A DNA stretch of 64,000 nucleotides. Source: Planctomycetales bacterium. Its GTDB lineage: Bacteria > 4484-113. The notes below the pieces were generated by a model. The model searched no databases. It saw nothing but the letters and a program-made list of their open reading frames with translations, and had not been told where the DNA came from. How positions within the stretch are numbered: position 1 is the first letter of the stretch; every line of letters starts with the position of its first letter. Below, piece by piece: positions 1 to 10,763 of this stretch. The stretch covers positions 185,930 to 249,929 of the forward strand of contig JBBIRS010000003.1 in NCBI GenBank assembly GCA_037441675.1, in the 5' to 3' direction. Position numbers and translations under genes: made by a program.

Positions 1-191
1 CAAATTTTTGTGCAAGCTCTCCGCCCTACAAGTCACAAATGAGCATGTCGGGGGCTCCACTTCAGGGCATGCCCATCAGTGTAAATCCTCACTACAGTTG
101 AAAATTATGTCGGTGAAAAAACATTTGGCTCCAGACGTTCCAGTTTGAAACTATCTTGCCTAAGATATAATAAGATTCTTTATTATTTACA

Positions 192-1565
192 ATGGAAGGA
201 TACATAAAATCCACAGATTTAATGGAGACGATTAGTTCGCTCGCAAAGAGGCGAGGTTTTATCTTTCAATCTGGGGAGATATACGGAGGAGTTTCGGGCT
301 TTTGGGATTATGGGCCACTAGGGGTGGAGCTTAAAAGGAACCTCCGAGATGCTTGGTGGGCGCATACCGTTCAGAAACGCGCGGATGTGGTGGGACTTGA
401 TTCCGCAATTATCACTCATCCGAGCACTTGGATTGCCTCGGGTCATGTTGAACATTTTCACGATGAGATGGTTGATTGTAAAAACTGCAAGAGGCGTTTC
501 AAAGTTGAAGCAATTGACGAAGGTAAATGTCCCTACTGTGGAAATAAACAATTAACCGAACCACGTCCATTTCATCTGATGATGAAGACTTCCGTAGGAG
601 CGGTGGAAGGAGAAGACTCAATTGCCTATTTAAGGCCGGAAACCTGTCAGTCTATATTTACTGACTTTGATATGATTCGCCAGACAGCTAGATTAAAGCT
701 TCCCTTTGGTGTTGCGCAGATTGGAAAGGCTTTCAGAAACGAGATTAACCCGAGAAACTTTACCGCTAGAAGCAGGGAGTTTGAACAAATGGAAATGGAG
801 TTCTTCTGTAGACCTGAGGAAGCTCCAGAATGGTTTGAGCATTGGAAACAGTACCGCTTTGAATGGTATCTAGGGTTAGGTTTTAAGCGCGACAATCTTC
901 GCTTTCGTGACCATGAGCAGAAGGAGCTAGCTCATTACGCAAGGCAGGCTACTGACATTGAATACAACTTTCCCTTTGGCTGGATGGAGTTTGAGGGAAT
1001 ACATAACCGCACCGATTATGACTTAAGAAGCCATACAACGCACGCAAGCAAAACCCTTGAATACTATGATGAGGACACTAAGGAGCATATAACTCCATTC
1101 GTTATAGAGACCTCCGCGGGGTTGGATCGTATTCTTCTAGCGGTACTTTGCGATGCATACTCTATCGATAAAGCTCCAACTGGTGCAGAGGCACGCCTTG
1201 CTGGCTGGGAGGAAGAGGAGGAGAGGCTGGTTCTTCGTCTATCGCCCATCCTTGCACCGATTAAAGTTGCGGTTCTGCCTCTAAGAAGAAAGCTCTCAGA
1301 GGAGGCGTATAAAATTTACACGAAGTTGATGAAAATTATGCCTGCGGTGTTTGATGAGGCTGGAAGCATTGGAAGAAGATACCGTCGCCAGGATGAAATA
1401 GGCATTCCTTGGTGCGTAACTTTTGACTTCGAATCACTTGAGGATAGAAAGGTTACCATTCGTGATAGAGACACTCTGACTCAAGAACGAGTACTTATTG
1501 ATGATCTTCCAAGCATCCTGAAGGGAAGACTAGAGGTTGAATTCGCGAGGCTTCTTGCGGACTAA
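192..1565 (+). CDS. glyQS: Glycine--tRNA ligase, alpha2 (homodimeric) type
   Basis: LAKRRGFIF, YLRPET, motif 2 FRNEINPRNF..RSREFEQME and C-terminal anticodon-binding domain SIGRRYRRQDEIG. Confidence 0.96.
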   Translation: MEGYIKSTDLMETISSLAKRRGFIFQSGEIYGGVSGFWDYGPLGVELKRNLRDAWWAHTVQKRADVVGLDSAIITHPSTWIASGHVEHFHDEMVDCKNCKRRFKVEAIDEGKCPYCGNKQLTEPRPFHLMMKTSVGAVEGEDSIAYLRPETCQSIFTDFDMIRQTARLKLPFGVAQIGKAFRNEINPRNFTARSREFEQMEMEFFCRPEEAPEWFEHWKQYRFEWYLGLGFKRDNLRFRDHEQKELAHYARQATDIEYNFPFGWMEFEGIHNRTDYDLRSHTTHASKTLEYYDEDTKEHITPFVIETSAGLDRILLAVLCDAYSIDKAPTGAEARLAGWEEEEERLVLRLSPILAPIKVAVLPLRRKLSEEAYKIYTKLMKIMPAVFDEAGSIGRRYRRQDEIGIPWCVTFDFESLEDRKVTIRDRDTLTQERVLIDDLPSILKGRLEVEFARLLAD

Positions 1566-1612
1566 CATAATGCATTTCTGTTTTCAAGAACAATTTTTAT
1601 AGGAGGAAATTT

Positions 1613-3085
1613 ATGGATGTTCAGATTTCTACCTGTGTGTCAGACCTGAAGAGAGGTCGTGGAGAGCTTTTGGTAGTTATTGTAGATGACGAGTTAAATT
1701 TTCTTTCCCCAAAAAGTACATTTTATTCAGAGGCAAAGAAAATTTTGATTAAAGCCAAGGAGAAGAAACTTCCAGAGGAAGAGTACATTTCCGGCAGTAA
1801 CTTTGGTATAAACTTTGAAAGAGTTTGTTTTTCGCCACTGCGCCTTCAAGCTTATCAAGATAAATCAGACCAGTTAAGAACTTGCGTTGCGAGGGCGGTT
1901 GACTTTGCTAGAAAAAGACACTTTAGAAAGGTAAGTTTTCTCCTGGAAACTAAAGAAGCTTCTAAAGAGTATAAAAAATTAGTTGACGGAGCAGTTTTAG
2001 GTGGATATGAGTTTACCTCCTTCAAAAAGAGTGATTACGCCAAGAAATTGATTGTTGAGCTGATGCTTCCCGCTTCAGAGAATCTCAAAGTGAGGAAATT
2101 AGCCAAGGAGTGGGAACAGGTTTGTGATTCAGCAAATCTCGCTAGAGACTTGATAAACCAACCTGGCTCTGCTATGACGCCCGGCCATCTCACAGGTTAC
2201 GCGCGACAGATTGCATTGAAGTATGGCCTTGAATTCCATTCTCTCCAGTTTGGTGAGCTTCAAAAGAAGGGTTACGTTGGGCTAGTGAGCGTGGGTAAGG
2301 GTAGCGAGAATCATCCGTTTCTTTTTTCAATTGTTTATAGAGGTACTTCAAGCAAAAAGATTGACACTATCCTTATTGGTAAAGGAATAACCTTTGATAC
2401 TGGTGGTATCTCACTAAAGCCTTGGGATCATATGTGGGAGATGAAAGGAGATATGAGTGGCGCAGCGTGCGTTATTCACGTTATGGATGCTATTGCCAAA
2501 TTGAAACCGAAGAAAAACATCGCTATAGTTGTCCCAGCCGCTGAGAACCGACCAAGTTCCCGAGCCTACCTTCCCGGTGATATCCTTCGTTACAGGAATG
2601 GCAAGACCGTTGAGATTCATTCAACGGATGCGGAGGGCCGATTAGTATTGGCTGATGCGTTTATTTACGCTTATGAGAGATTCCAGCCAAAGGTAATGGT
2701 TGATGTGGCAACACTCACAGGCGCATGCGCTAGAGCCCTTGGGCAGGATTACACGGGTTTAATGGCAAATGACAAGAAGCTAGCGCAGTCAATCATTGAA
2801 AAAGGTTATGACAACGGCGAGAAGATTTGGGAGCTTGCTCTGCCAATTGAATATGAGGAGGACATTGTTTCGCCCATTGCGGATATCAAGAATGTAGGTG
2901 GCGCGCTAGCGGGTGCTCAAACTGCCGGGCTTTTCTTGAAACACTTTGTTCCTGAGAGTGTTAACTGGGCGCATCTTGATATCGCTGGAACTTTCTTCTA
3001 CGAAAGAAAGCGCAAATACTTTTTTCAACCAGGTGCAACCGGCGTGATGGTAAGAACGCTGACCGATTGGGTCATGCATTCGTAA
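1613..3085 (+). CDS. pepA: Leucyl aminopeptidase (M17)
   Basis: GKGITFDTGG, MKGDMSG, STDAEGRL and WAHLDIAG motifs. Confidence 0.93.
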   Translation: MDVQISTCVSDLKRGRGELLVVIVDDELNFLSPKSTFYSEAKKILIKAKEKKLPEEEYISGSNFGINFERVCFSPLRLQAYQDKSDQLRTCVARAVDFARKRHFRKVSFLLETKEASKEYKKLVDGAVLGGYEFTSFKKSDYAKKLIVELMLPASENLKVRKLAKEWEQVCDSANLARDLINQPGSAMTPGHLTGYARQIALKYGLEFHSLQFGELQKKGYVGLVSVGKGSENHPFLFSIVYRGTSSKKIDTILIGKGITFDTGGISLKPWDHMWEMKGDMSGAACVIHVMDAIAKLKPKKNIAIVVPAAENRPSSRAYLPGDILRYRNGKTVEIHSTDAEGRLVLADAFIYAYERFQPKVMVDVATLTGACARALGQDYTGLMANDKKLAQSIIEKGYDNGEKIWELALPIEYEEDIVSPIADIKNVGGALAGAQTAGLFLKHFVPESVNWAHLDIAGTFFYERKRKYFFQPGATGVMVRTLTDWVMHS

Positions 3086-3260
3086 ATGCGGCTATTTCAC
3101 CTTGAGAGGCGATTTTTTTGTGAGGTTAGAAAACGGGAGCGTATGATTTGTGGTAGACAACTGCATTTCTAATGCGAAAGTGGCTATGTGCACCATTTTT
3201 AATTTAATGCCAAATCTGGCAGAGAGTAGTGTAAAATGGTAGTACCTTAAGAGGGCTGCG

Positions 3261-3304
3261 GCTCGCGAGGAAGGGCTTGCCTTTCCTATGCGAGCTATTT
3301 TTTT
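3261..3304. terminator. Probable terminator hairpin between convergent pepA and lysS
   Basis: GCTCGC-GAGGAAGG...CCTTTCCT-ATGCGAGC inverted repeat followed by a T-run. Confidence 0.5.
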
Positions 3305-3336
3305 CGTTGGTCGTGGTGAATCTATGGACGATTTAG

Positions 3337-4929
3337 CTATACTTTCTTAAGTTGAGGGAATAACATAACTTCACGGATACTTGATTGACCTGTGAGTAGC
3401 ATAATGAGCCTATCAATTCCGATGCCCAGCCCGCCGGTTGGTGGCATTCCTATTTCCAAAGCTCGCAGGAAATCTTCATCAAGCTCACGATAACCCTCAA
3501 CCGCATGTGCTATTTGCTCCTGCATTCTAAAGCGCTGGTCAATGGGGTCATTCAACTCTGAAAACGCATTCGCTATTTCCATACCGTCAATATACAACTC
3601 AAAACGATAGGTAAAAAGAGGACGTTCGGGAATACGCTTGGCAAGTGGAGATAACGCAATTGGATAATTGATGACAAAAATAGGTTGAAGAAGGTTTGGT
3701 TCTACCGCCTCTTTCCAGAGCTCATCCAGTAATTTTTCGTAAGGGTGAGCGTCGTTGAATTCTATGTTCAATTCCTTCAGCTTCTTAATAACTGAGATTT
3801 TATCAGGGATTTCTTCTAGCCTTACATTCGTGTATTTGAGCAGTAAATCATCAAATTCCACTTTTGGGTAGGGCGGAGTTAGGTCAATTTTGTACTGAGG
3901 GATGAGTTCTTCACCTGATTCTTCAACCTTATCAATCGCAGGCTTGGATTGGGAGATGTCCATTTCGCTTTCTTTGGTATCGCTCATCTTCGCAGATTCT
4001 TTCTCTAAGACAAAAGTTTCTAAGCAGGTTTGGCATATGTGGGAGATTAACTCTTCCACTAGTTTCATAATGTCTGTATAGTCCACATATGCCCAATAAA
4101 GCTCAAGCATCGTAAATTCAGGATTATGCTTAGTGGACAAGCCCTCATTTCTGAAAACTCTACCAATTTCATAGACCTTCTCGTATCCACCCACTATCAA
4201 TCGCTTATGCCGAAGTTCAGTTGCAATTCTCAGATAGAAGTCAGTGTCAAGTGCATCATAGTAGGTGATGAATGGATTAGCGGTTGCACCACCTGCGATT
4301 GGCTCTAGGATATTTGTTTCTACTTCCATAAAACCTCTTGAATCGAAAAAACGTCTCATCTCTACAATTATTTTGGAGCGAAGACGAAATCTCTTCCTAA
4401 CGGTTTCATTCATAATTAGGTCAAGGTATCTGTATCGGTAGCGCAACTCAATATCCTTGAGGCCGTGCCATTTCTCCGGTAATGGTTCTAAGCTTTTGGT
4501 CAAAAGGACAAAGTAATTAAGCTTGATAGTTTTTTCTCCCGTTTTGGTTAGAAAAGGCTCTCCACTTACCCCAATTATGTCACCTAGATCTAGGTCCTTT
4601 ATCAGCTTAAAGTTATCTTCCCCTAGACTATCAATATTGGCGAAAATCTGTATTTTCCCAGTTTCATCTAGAATGTTTGCAAAAACAGCTTTGCCATGCT
4701 GGCGCAATGCAACAATTCTTCCCGCGGTGGAAATTGTCTTGCCCGATAGCTCTTGGAAGGATGACAAAATCTCTCCTATTCTGTGTGTGCGGTCGAATCT
4801 AACGTTCATAAACGGGTCTTTTCCCGATTCTTTCAGTTTTCTTAGCTTGTATTTGCGCACACCTGAGTAATCCTCCGGCGCTGGAAGCTCCTTTGGCATC
4901 ATTTCTTCTTCAAATGGCAGTAGCGTCAT
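3337..4929 (-). CDS. lysS: Lysine--tRNA ligase (class II)
   Basis: PLPEKWHGL, RYRYRYLDL, FRNEG..HNPEFTMLE and GMPPTGGLGIGIDRL motifs. Confidence 0.97.
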   Translation of the reverse strand: MTLLPFEEEMMPKELPAPEDYSGVRKYKLRKLKESGKDPFMNVRFDRTHRIGEILSSFQELSGKTISTAGRIVALRQHGKAVFANILDETGKIQIFANIDSLGEDNFKLIKDLDLGDIIGVSGEPFLTKTGEKTIKLNYFVLLTKSLEPLPEKWHGLKDIELRYRYRYLDLIMNETVRKRFRLRSKIIVEMRRFFDSRGFMEVETNILEPIAGGATANPFITYYDALDTDFYLRIATELRHKRLIVGGYEKVYEIGRVFRNEGLSTKHNPEFTMLELYWAYVDYTDIMKLVEELISHICQTCLETFVLEKESAKMSDTKESEMDISQSKPAIDKVEESGEELIPQYKIDLTPPYPKVEFDDLLLKYTNVRLEEIPDKISVIKKLKELNIEFNDAHPYEKLLDELWKEAVEPNLLQPIFVINYPIALSPLAKRIPERPLFTYRFELYIDGMEIANAFSELNDPIDQRFRMQEQIAHAVEGYRELDEDFLRALEIGMPPTGGLGIGIDRLIMLLTGQSSIREVMLFPQLKKV

Positions 4930-5120
4930 TTTTCTTCTCCTAGATATGTTTGTGAGTGAGACGTTATAACATACGTTACTTCTCGCATCTTATGCGATCT
5001 ATATGTGAGTTCATTATTATAGTGGCAATATAGCGACTAATGCCTTTGTTTCTGATTATAAAATATTAGTGCAAAGAAATTGGTGGAGGGGCAATCAAAA
5101 ACTCACCGTGGGGCATCTTC

Positions 5121-5921
5121 TCAAAGAACCTGATCAGCAATGTTGATGCGAATGGTTTTTCCTGAATCATCAACGCATATCAACTTGCCGGTAAGTTGAT
5201 CCAAGTATTGCACGATTACTTCTATAGCTTTGTTATTAACGAGCACTTTTTGCCTCTTGCCCAATTGGCAACACCTATTTATCCATTCTTGAAGTAGGGC
5301 AGGTTCATCTTCTCCGCCACTATAAAAGTAGTTTAGCAAGTCCTTTGATATTTGATAAATGATTGAAGCCCTATCAATTTCGTGGCGTAAAAGCTCTCTT
5401 AGGCTAACCACTTTGGCGCTAAGCTCCTTTGGGTACTCAAAACTGGTGGAGTTAGCGTTTATTCCTATACCTGTAATTAAACACTGGCGCAAGTTTAGAA
5501 TGAGAATTCCGCAGAGCTTTCTATTGCCCACGTATAGATCGTTTGGCCACTTAGTTTCAACTGCTATTCCGCAGGCTTTCTGTATTGCTCTAGCGATAAT
5601 AGAGGCACATACTATCGGATATCTGGCAGTTATAGATACGCCAAACTCTACTACTCGAATACCAAGAGAAAATGTTATATCCTTGCCGGGAATGCTTATC
5701 CAGGAACGACCAAGTCTTCCCCTGCCTCGTGTTTGGGCATTTGTAACAGCGATTATCGCCTTTGGAGGATGAGGTTTAAGAGCCTCCTGTTGGACTAGTT
5801 CATTAGTGGAAAGACAGCTTTCACGGTAAACAAATACTGCCTTGTACTTAGACGACGTTAAGTTAAAAAGAGCCCTTTTTAGTGAAGTTTCATAGTTTAA
5901 AGCTATTACTTTTTCATCCAT
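5121..5921 (-). CDS. birA: Biotin--[acetyl-CoA-carboxylase] ligase (no N-terminal HTH)
   Basis: QTRGRGRLGRSW, KWPND, RKLCGIL and GIGIN motifs. Confidence 0.92.
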   Translation of the reverse strand: MDEKVIALNYETSLKRALFNLTSSKYKAVFVYRESCLSTNELVQQEALKPHPPKAIIAVTNAQTRGRGRLGRSWISIPGKDITFSLGIRVVEFGVSITARYPIVCASIIARAIQKACGIAVETKWPNDLYVGNRKLCGILILNLRQCLITGIGINANSTSFEYPKELSAKVVSLRELLRHEIDRASIIYQISKDLLNYFYSGGEDEPALLQEWINRCCQLGKRQKVLVNNKAIEVIVQYLDQLTGKLICVDDSGKTIRINIADQVL

Positions 5922-5979
5922 TTAAGCTTTTCTTTGACTCAAGTATGATTTTTTGTGGTATAATCTTGAGACAAAGTAT

Positions 5980-6780
5980 ATGCAACGCAAATTAATTAGC
6001 TATGTAAATATCACTATTATTATAACTTCACTAATAGCTATTCTGGGAAGTTCTTCAGAGGCAGAGGTTGTCGTTGGTCCCGTAATTGAGGAGGAACTTG
6101 AGAAGGGTGATAGCTCTGGCAGTAAAGAATTAGGGTTAAGGAGAATTATGGATGAAGCGTCCACCAAGTTTTTTTCCAAACTTGGCATTAGAATTCTTCC
6201 AAAGGAGGGGGTCAATCCAAGTCCCGAGATTGCACGTAAAAGGGTACAGCAAATGATTGAGGCTGGAGTAACTAGCGAAACGGAGGTTTACGAATCGATC
6301 CGCCACTCAGAAAGTGTGAGCATAAGTTCTCTCTTGGTTGACCTTTCTCGTCAACGTTTGTATTTGCTAAATCCTGAGGGAAAAATACTGCATGAATTTC
6401 CCGTTTCCACTGGTGTTAGAGGCTATGATACTCCGCCGGGGAAATATAAAATAGTGAATAAAGCGCCATACGCCTACTCAAAGAAGTATGGTGCTGATAT
6501 GTATCAGTGGATGGGGATAACAGCCAACGGGGATTATGGCTTACACTCACTGAAAGGCTCATCTTATGAGAGACTTTTAGGAAGGCGCGCAAGTCACGGT
6601 TGTATCAGGCTTAGTCGAAAGGACGCTAAGCTGCTTTATCCACTTATTTCCATTGGAACGCCCGTGGAGATTATGAATAGGGTGGAGAAGCTGGTTTACT
6701 TTGAATCGGTGACAGATGAAGATTTGCGGGCGCTGGTTAGAGAGGCTATTCAAGGAACTCCACCACAGACATTTTTTTAA
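5980..6780 (+). CDS. Secreted L,D-transpeptidase (YkuD family)
   Basis: N-terminal hydrophobic segment, VSTG..TPPG, and catalytic H...SHGCIRL; ATG 5980 preferred because TGnTATAAT lies at 5956-5964. Confidence 0.88.
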   Translation: MQRKLISYVNITIIITSLIAILGSSSEAEVVVGPVIEEELEKGDSSGSKELGLRRIMDEASTKFFSKLGIRILPKEGVNPSPEIARKRVQQMIEAGVTSETEVYESIRHSESVSISSLLVDLSRQRLYLLNPEGKILHEFPVSTGVRGYDTPPGKYKIVNKAPYAYSKKYGADMYQWMGITANGDYGLHSLKGSSYERLLGRRASHGCIRLSRKDAKLLYPLISIGTPVEIMNRVEKLVYFESVTDEDLRALVREAIQGTPPQTFF

Positions 6781-6951
6781 TCTTCAGCTTCTAATTAGTC
6801 CTAACTAGCAAAAAGTGTTAAGTGAATTTTTTGCTCTAATTGCGTCCAGAGTTTGAGGTTAGCCATTAACCGAAATTGCCTTAAGAGAGGTTTTTCATTC
6901 ACTAGCAAAGGGGAATTTACCCTACTTCCTCGCTTTATGGAGTTATTTTTA

Positions 6952-9594
6952 TTATGGTGCTAGCTTAAGAATTGTTCCGTCAATATGACTGCACAGGTAT
7001 AATTCGCCAGATTCATCCTCGCCAAAGCTACTAATAAAGTAAGGCGTATCAATGAGAAGGGAGTTCTCGTAATGGAACTCATCCCTCTCCCTTAACCCCC
7101 ATATTCTGCCGGTGCAGTAGTCACCATAAATATAAGTTCCAGCTAGTTCAGAAATTGTGTTTCCCCTATAAACATAGCCACCTGTGATGGAGCAATCTCC
7201 CGAGGCGTGAGAGTACTCAGAGATGGGCATAGCGAGACCCGATGGGACACCAGTAGGTGCCTCAAATATATGAAGCCCTTCCAGAAAGTCCCAACCGTAA
7301 TTTTCGCCACCTGAGCTATCTGCAGGCTCAAGATTTATCTCCTCCCACTGATTTTGCCCAACGTCGCCAATCCAAAGATCACCTGTATCTCTGTCAAAGC
7401 TGAATCGCCACGGATTTCTAAGTCCATACGCCCATATTTCTGCTCTTGCATTTGGCACTCCAACAAAAGGATTATCCGCAGGAATGCCATATGGGTCTAG
7501 AGAGTTGACATCAATCCGCAGTATCTTTCCAAATAAATTGTCAACTCGTTCCGCGTTATCAAGTGGATCTCCTCCTCCACCGCCATCACCTGTCGCTATG
7601 TAAAGGTATCCCTCTTGCCCGAAAGAAAGCATTCCGCCATTGTGATTGCTGAATGGTTGGTCAAGGGTCAATAAGACTCTCTCTTAATCTGGGTCTGCAC
7701 GGTCTTTATTTCCACTTACCAAAAACTCTGAGACAACAGTATCTCCAAGTAAATCTGTATAATTGACGAAGAATTTTCCATTTATTGAGTATTCAGGGTG
7801 AAATGCTAATCCGAGCAGTCCCTGTTCACTTCCGGCTGAGCCAACACGGTCGGTAATATTAAGAAATGGAGTTGGAAGTAATATTCCATCCTTGATAAGT
7901 CTTATTGTCCCACGTTGTTCCAGGACAAACAGCCTTCCCGAACCATCTCGGGAATGGATTATGTAGGTAGGCTTTTGTAATCCTGAAGCAACTATTTGGA
8001 AATTGATACTTGCCCAGGGACTAACGGTTTCAGGTGGTGAAATTGTTATATCAAAATTCTTGCTATCAGTGCCTGCAGAATTGCTAACCTCTAATGATAT
8101 GGTGTAGGTGCTAGGAGATGAGAGGCGAACGCGAGGATTTTCCGCGGTGCTAGTTGATGGATTACCCGCGTCTCCAAAATTCCAGAGGAAGGTGAAGGGC
8201 GGTGTTCCGTTAACCTGAGCCATAAATGTGACGGTTATACCCCTTGTTGCATCTGTGGGCGTGATGGAAATTATTTGAGGCGGGACCATCCACGGATTGA
8301 CCGTTAAAGTGAAGATGTAAGTTGTTGAGCCAACACTGTTAGTTGCAGTTACCTGCGCCTGATGAACACCAGGAGTTGTAAGAAGCACATCCACAGTAGT
8401 CTCTTGAGTTTCAATAATATTAGGTGTTGCACCACCTCCGAAATCCCAACTATAGGTTATCGGTTGAGTTCCTGTTGCATCAACTGTGAATTGAACCTGC
8501 GTTTGCTCAACGCCACTTGTTGGAGTAACGGAGTTGATGACTGGAGGTTCACCTAGGGGAAGAACTCTTAGATCAAACTGGAAAGAGTCTGAACCGAAGC
8601 TGTTGGACGCGATAACAGTAACACGATAAGTGTTCGGTGAAGAGAGTATGATAGTTGGAGTTTCCTCAGTGCTAGTGTTGGGCGTGCCAGCATTACCAAA
8701 ATCCCAAGTGAAATTGATGGGACGAGTGCCTGAGACTACAGGCGTAAAAGTCACCTCCTCGCCGGTTATGCCCTGTGTGGGTGTAACTGAGGGAATGTTC
8801 GGGCTCCTAAAAGGTGAGGGAAGGTTGACTGGGAAGGAGGGAACTCCAGCATTACTTGCACTATCCATTGGCACTACGCGCGCTAAATCCGGAAGAGGGT
8901 CTTCCTGAGTCTGAAGGTAAGATTTTACGTAAGTATCCCTTCCAGTGATAATTTGCCTTTCCGAAAAGGGGATAATTGCAACCGCTTCCCAGCTAACTCC
9001 GCCATCATAGGAAAATTCAAGACGATAATTTGCGAGCTCTGCGAAGAAATTCTGAGCTAATGAACTGACTTCCTGAATGTTAACTATGCCATCTCCATTG
9101 TAGTCTGCGACTTCTGCTTCCCTGTCCGAAGAGGAGGTCTTAAAAAAGTAAGTAGCAAGGGGAAGAATATCTTGAATATCAACCCTACCATCCTCGTTGC
9201 CATCACCTTGATTGCGATAAGACCATGTGAATTGCCAGCCTGAAGTTTCTGTGAAAACTGAAATATCATCCACGACGCTCATTGCCCCACTTGGCGGTTT
9301 TAAGGCTATGCGCCCTTTATCCGCTATCACCTTTGAAAGCTCTGAAACTAGATTTCTCTTTAGATTGCTTAGAAGAGCATTATCAATTCCCTCAGGTGCG
9401 TTTAATCTGTAGAGTTCCGCTGTTAGAGCCTCTAAACTGATGCTAGCTTTTCCCAATTCTGCTTTTTTTGGAAATTCTTCAAAGCTCGAAACCCCTCTAC
9501 TACTACAGGAAGCAAGATAGGCAGTTAACAATATTAAAATAACGCAAAATATTCCAACTATTAGCGAATGTTGATATGTTTTCATTTGTAACAT
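6952..9594 (-). pseudogene. Lipoprotein with dockerin/EF-hand-like pair, 3 PKD repeats and a C-terminal glucose/sorbosone (PQQ-dependent sugar) dehydrogenase domain, split by one in-frame TAA at 7684-7686
   Basis: ORFs 7684..9594 and 6952..7671 are in the same frame: DRADPD*ERVLLTLDQPFSNHNGG. GSDH motifs EQGLLGLAFHP, GLRNPWRFSFD, GDVGQ, SITGGYVYRG. May be an intact gene with a sequence error. Confidence 0.85.
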
Positions 9595-9780
9595 TTTTGC
9601 AGTGAGATTCTAGTTATCATAAAAATAAAATAGTTGAAAGACAAACTCGGTCTCAATATTATACCCTCAATTTTCGTTGCATTTATCCTTTCGTAAGATT
9701 TGAGGAGATGTTTCAGCTAGTGAATGCTTGAATCTTGCGCTGTAATAATTGCAGTGAATTAGAAGAGAATGTTTTCTAGC

Positions 9781-10233
9781 TCACTTTGCTTGTAATGTTT
9801 TATCTCTTTCTGCTACGAGGGTGCGGATTGTTTCCACGATTGTATCAAGTGGTGTTCCCGGACCCATCACTGCTTTAACACCGGCTTTTTGCAGGAATGG
9901 AATATCATCCTCTGGGATAATTCCGCCGGCGATAACAATAACGTCTTCCGCGCCGCGTTCTTTAAGTATCTGGCACAAACGAGGGATAAGAGCATTATGG
10001 GCTCCAGATAGAATAGAAAGCGCGCATACGTCCGCATCCTCATGAATGCAGGCGGTAGCGATGCTCTCTGGGGTTTGATGTATCCCAGTGTAGATAACCT
10101 CCATGCCCGCGTCCCGAAGGGCACGCGCGATAACACGTGCTCCGCGATCATGTCCATCTAGCCCAGGTTTAGCTACAACCACGCGAATAATTTTTGCCGT
10201 TGAGCTTCCCATCTCAAAATGGTTCTTCATCAC
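9781..10233 (-). CDS. B12-binding small subunit of an acyl-CoA mutase (IcmB/MCM C-terminal domain)
   Basis: [12 protein letters not shown] (DxHxxG), SILSGAH and GGIIP motifs. Confidence 0.93.
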   Translation of the reverse strand: MMKNHFEMGSSTAKIIRVVVAKPGLDGHDRGARVIARALRDAGMEVIYTGIHQTPESIATACIHEDADVCALSILSGAHNALIPRLCQILKERGAEDVIVIAGGIIPEDDIPFLQKAGVKAVMGPGTPLDTIVETIRTLVAERDKTLQAK

Positions 10234-10488
10234 TTGATGCGATATTATCTAATTATATCAAACGTAATACAAACTTTATCTCAAAGGGAAGATTTACCAA
10301 TTGAATAAGGGATACGGAATTAGAAATCAAAGGGCAAACTGCCTTCAATTTAGTATCTTCGCTCGTAAAAGTCATCAAATCATAAATACCGAAAATAAAG
10401 CGGTTCAAGTAGTTTGTCTAGAAATAATCTCGGAGAAAGTTATCAAGAGCTACTTAAACATTCGGCTAGTGATAAGGGTCGCTAAATC

Positions 10489-10632
10489 TCACTTTGGAGA
10501 ATGAGTGGCAAAAATAGTGCAGTAGAGGAATTTCGCAAGGTAAGCCAAAATTGCAGTGGCTAAAGTTGTGAGGAGGATGGTTAACAGGAGGTTGGAGCGG
10601 AGCAATCCAGAATTCATATTTTTAAGGCTCAT
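10489..10632 (-). CDS. Small hydrophobic 47-aa ORF (possibly the 5' part of a decayed membrane-protein gene)
   Basis: AGGAGG RBS upstream of ATG 10632; MSLKNMNSGLLRSNLLLTILLTTLATAILAYLAKFLYCTIFATHSPK; below the ORF-track cutoff. Confidence 0.4.
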   Translation of the reverse strand: MSLKNMNSGLLRSNLLLTILLTTLATAILAYLAKFLYCTIFATHSPK

Positions 10633-10763
10633 CGCCTTTACCTCCTAAAATTTATTTTTCAATATATACTACCCAAAATAGTAGATAATTAGCGTAGGGG
10701 ATGGAATTTGCAGACGCTTTAATGCAAAGAATTAGCGAGAAAACTAGCGTTTAAGCTACTTTT

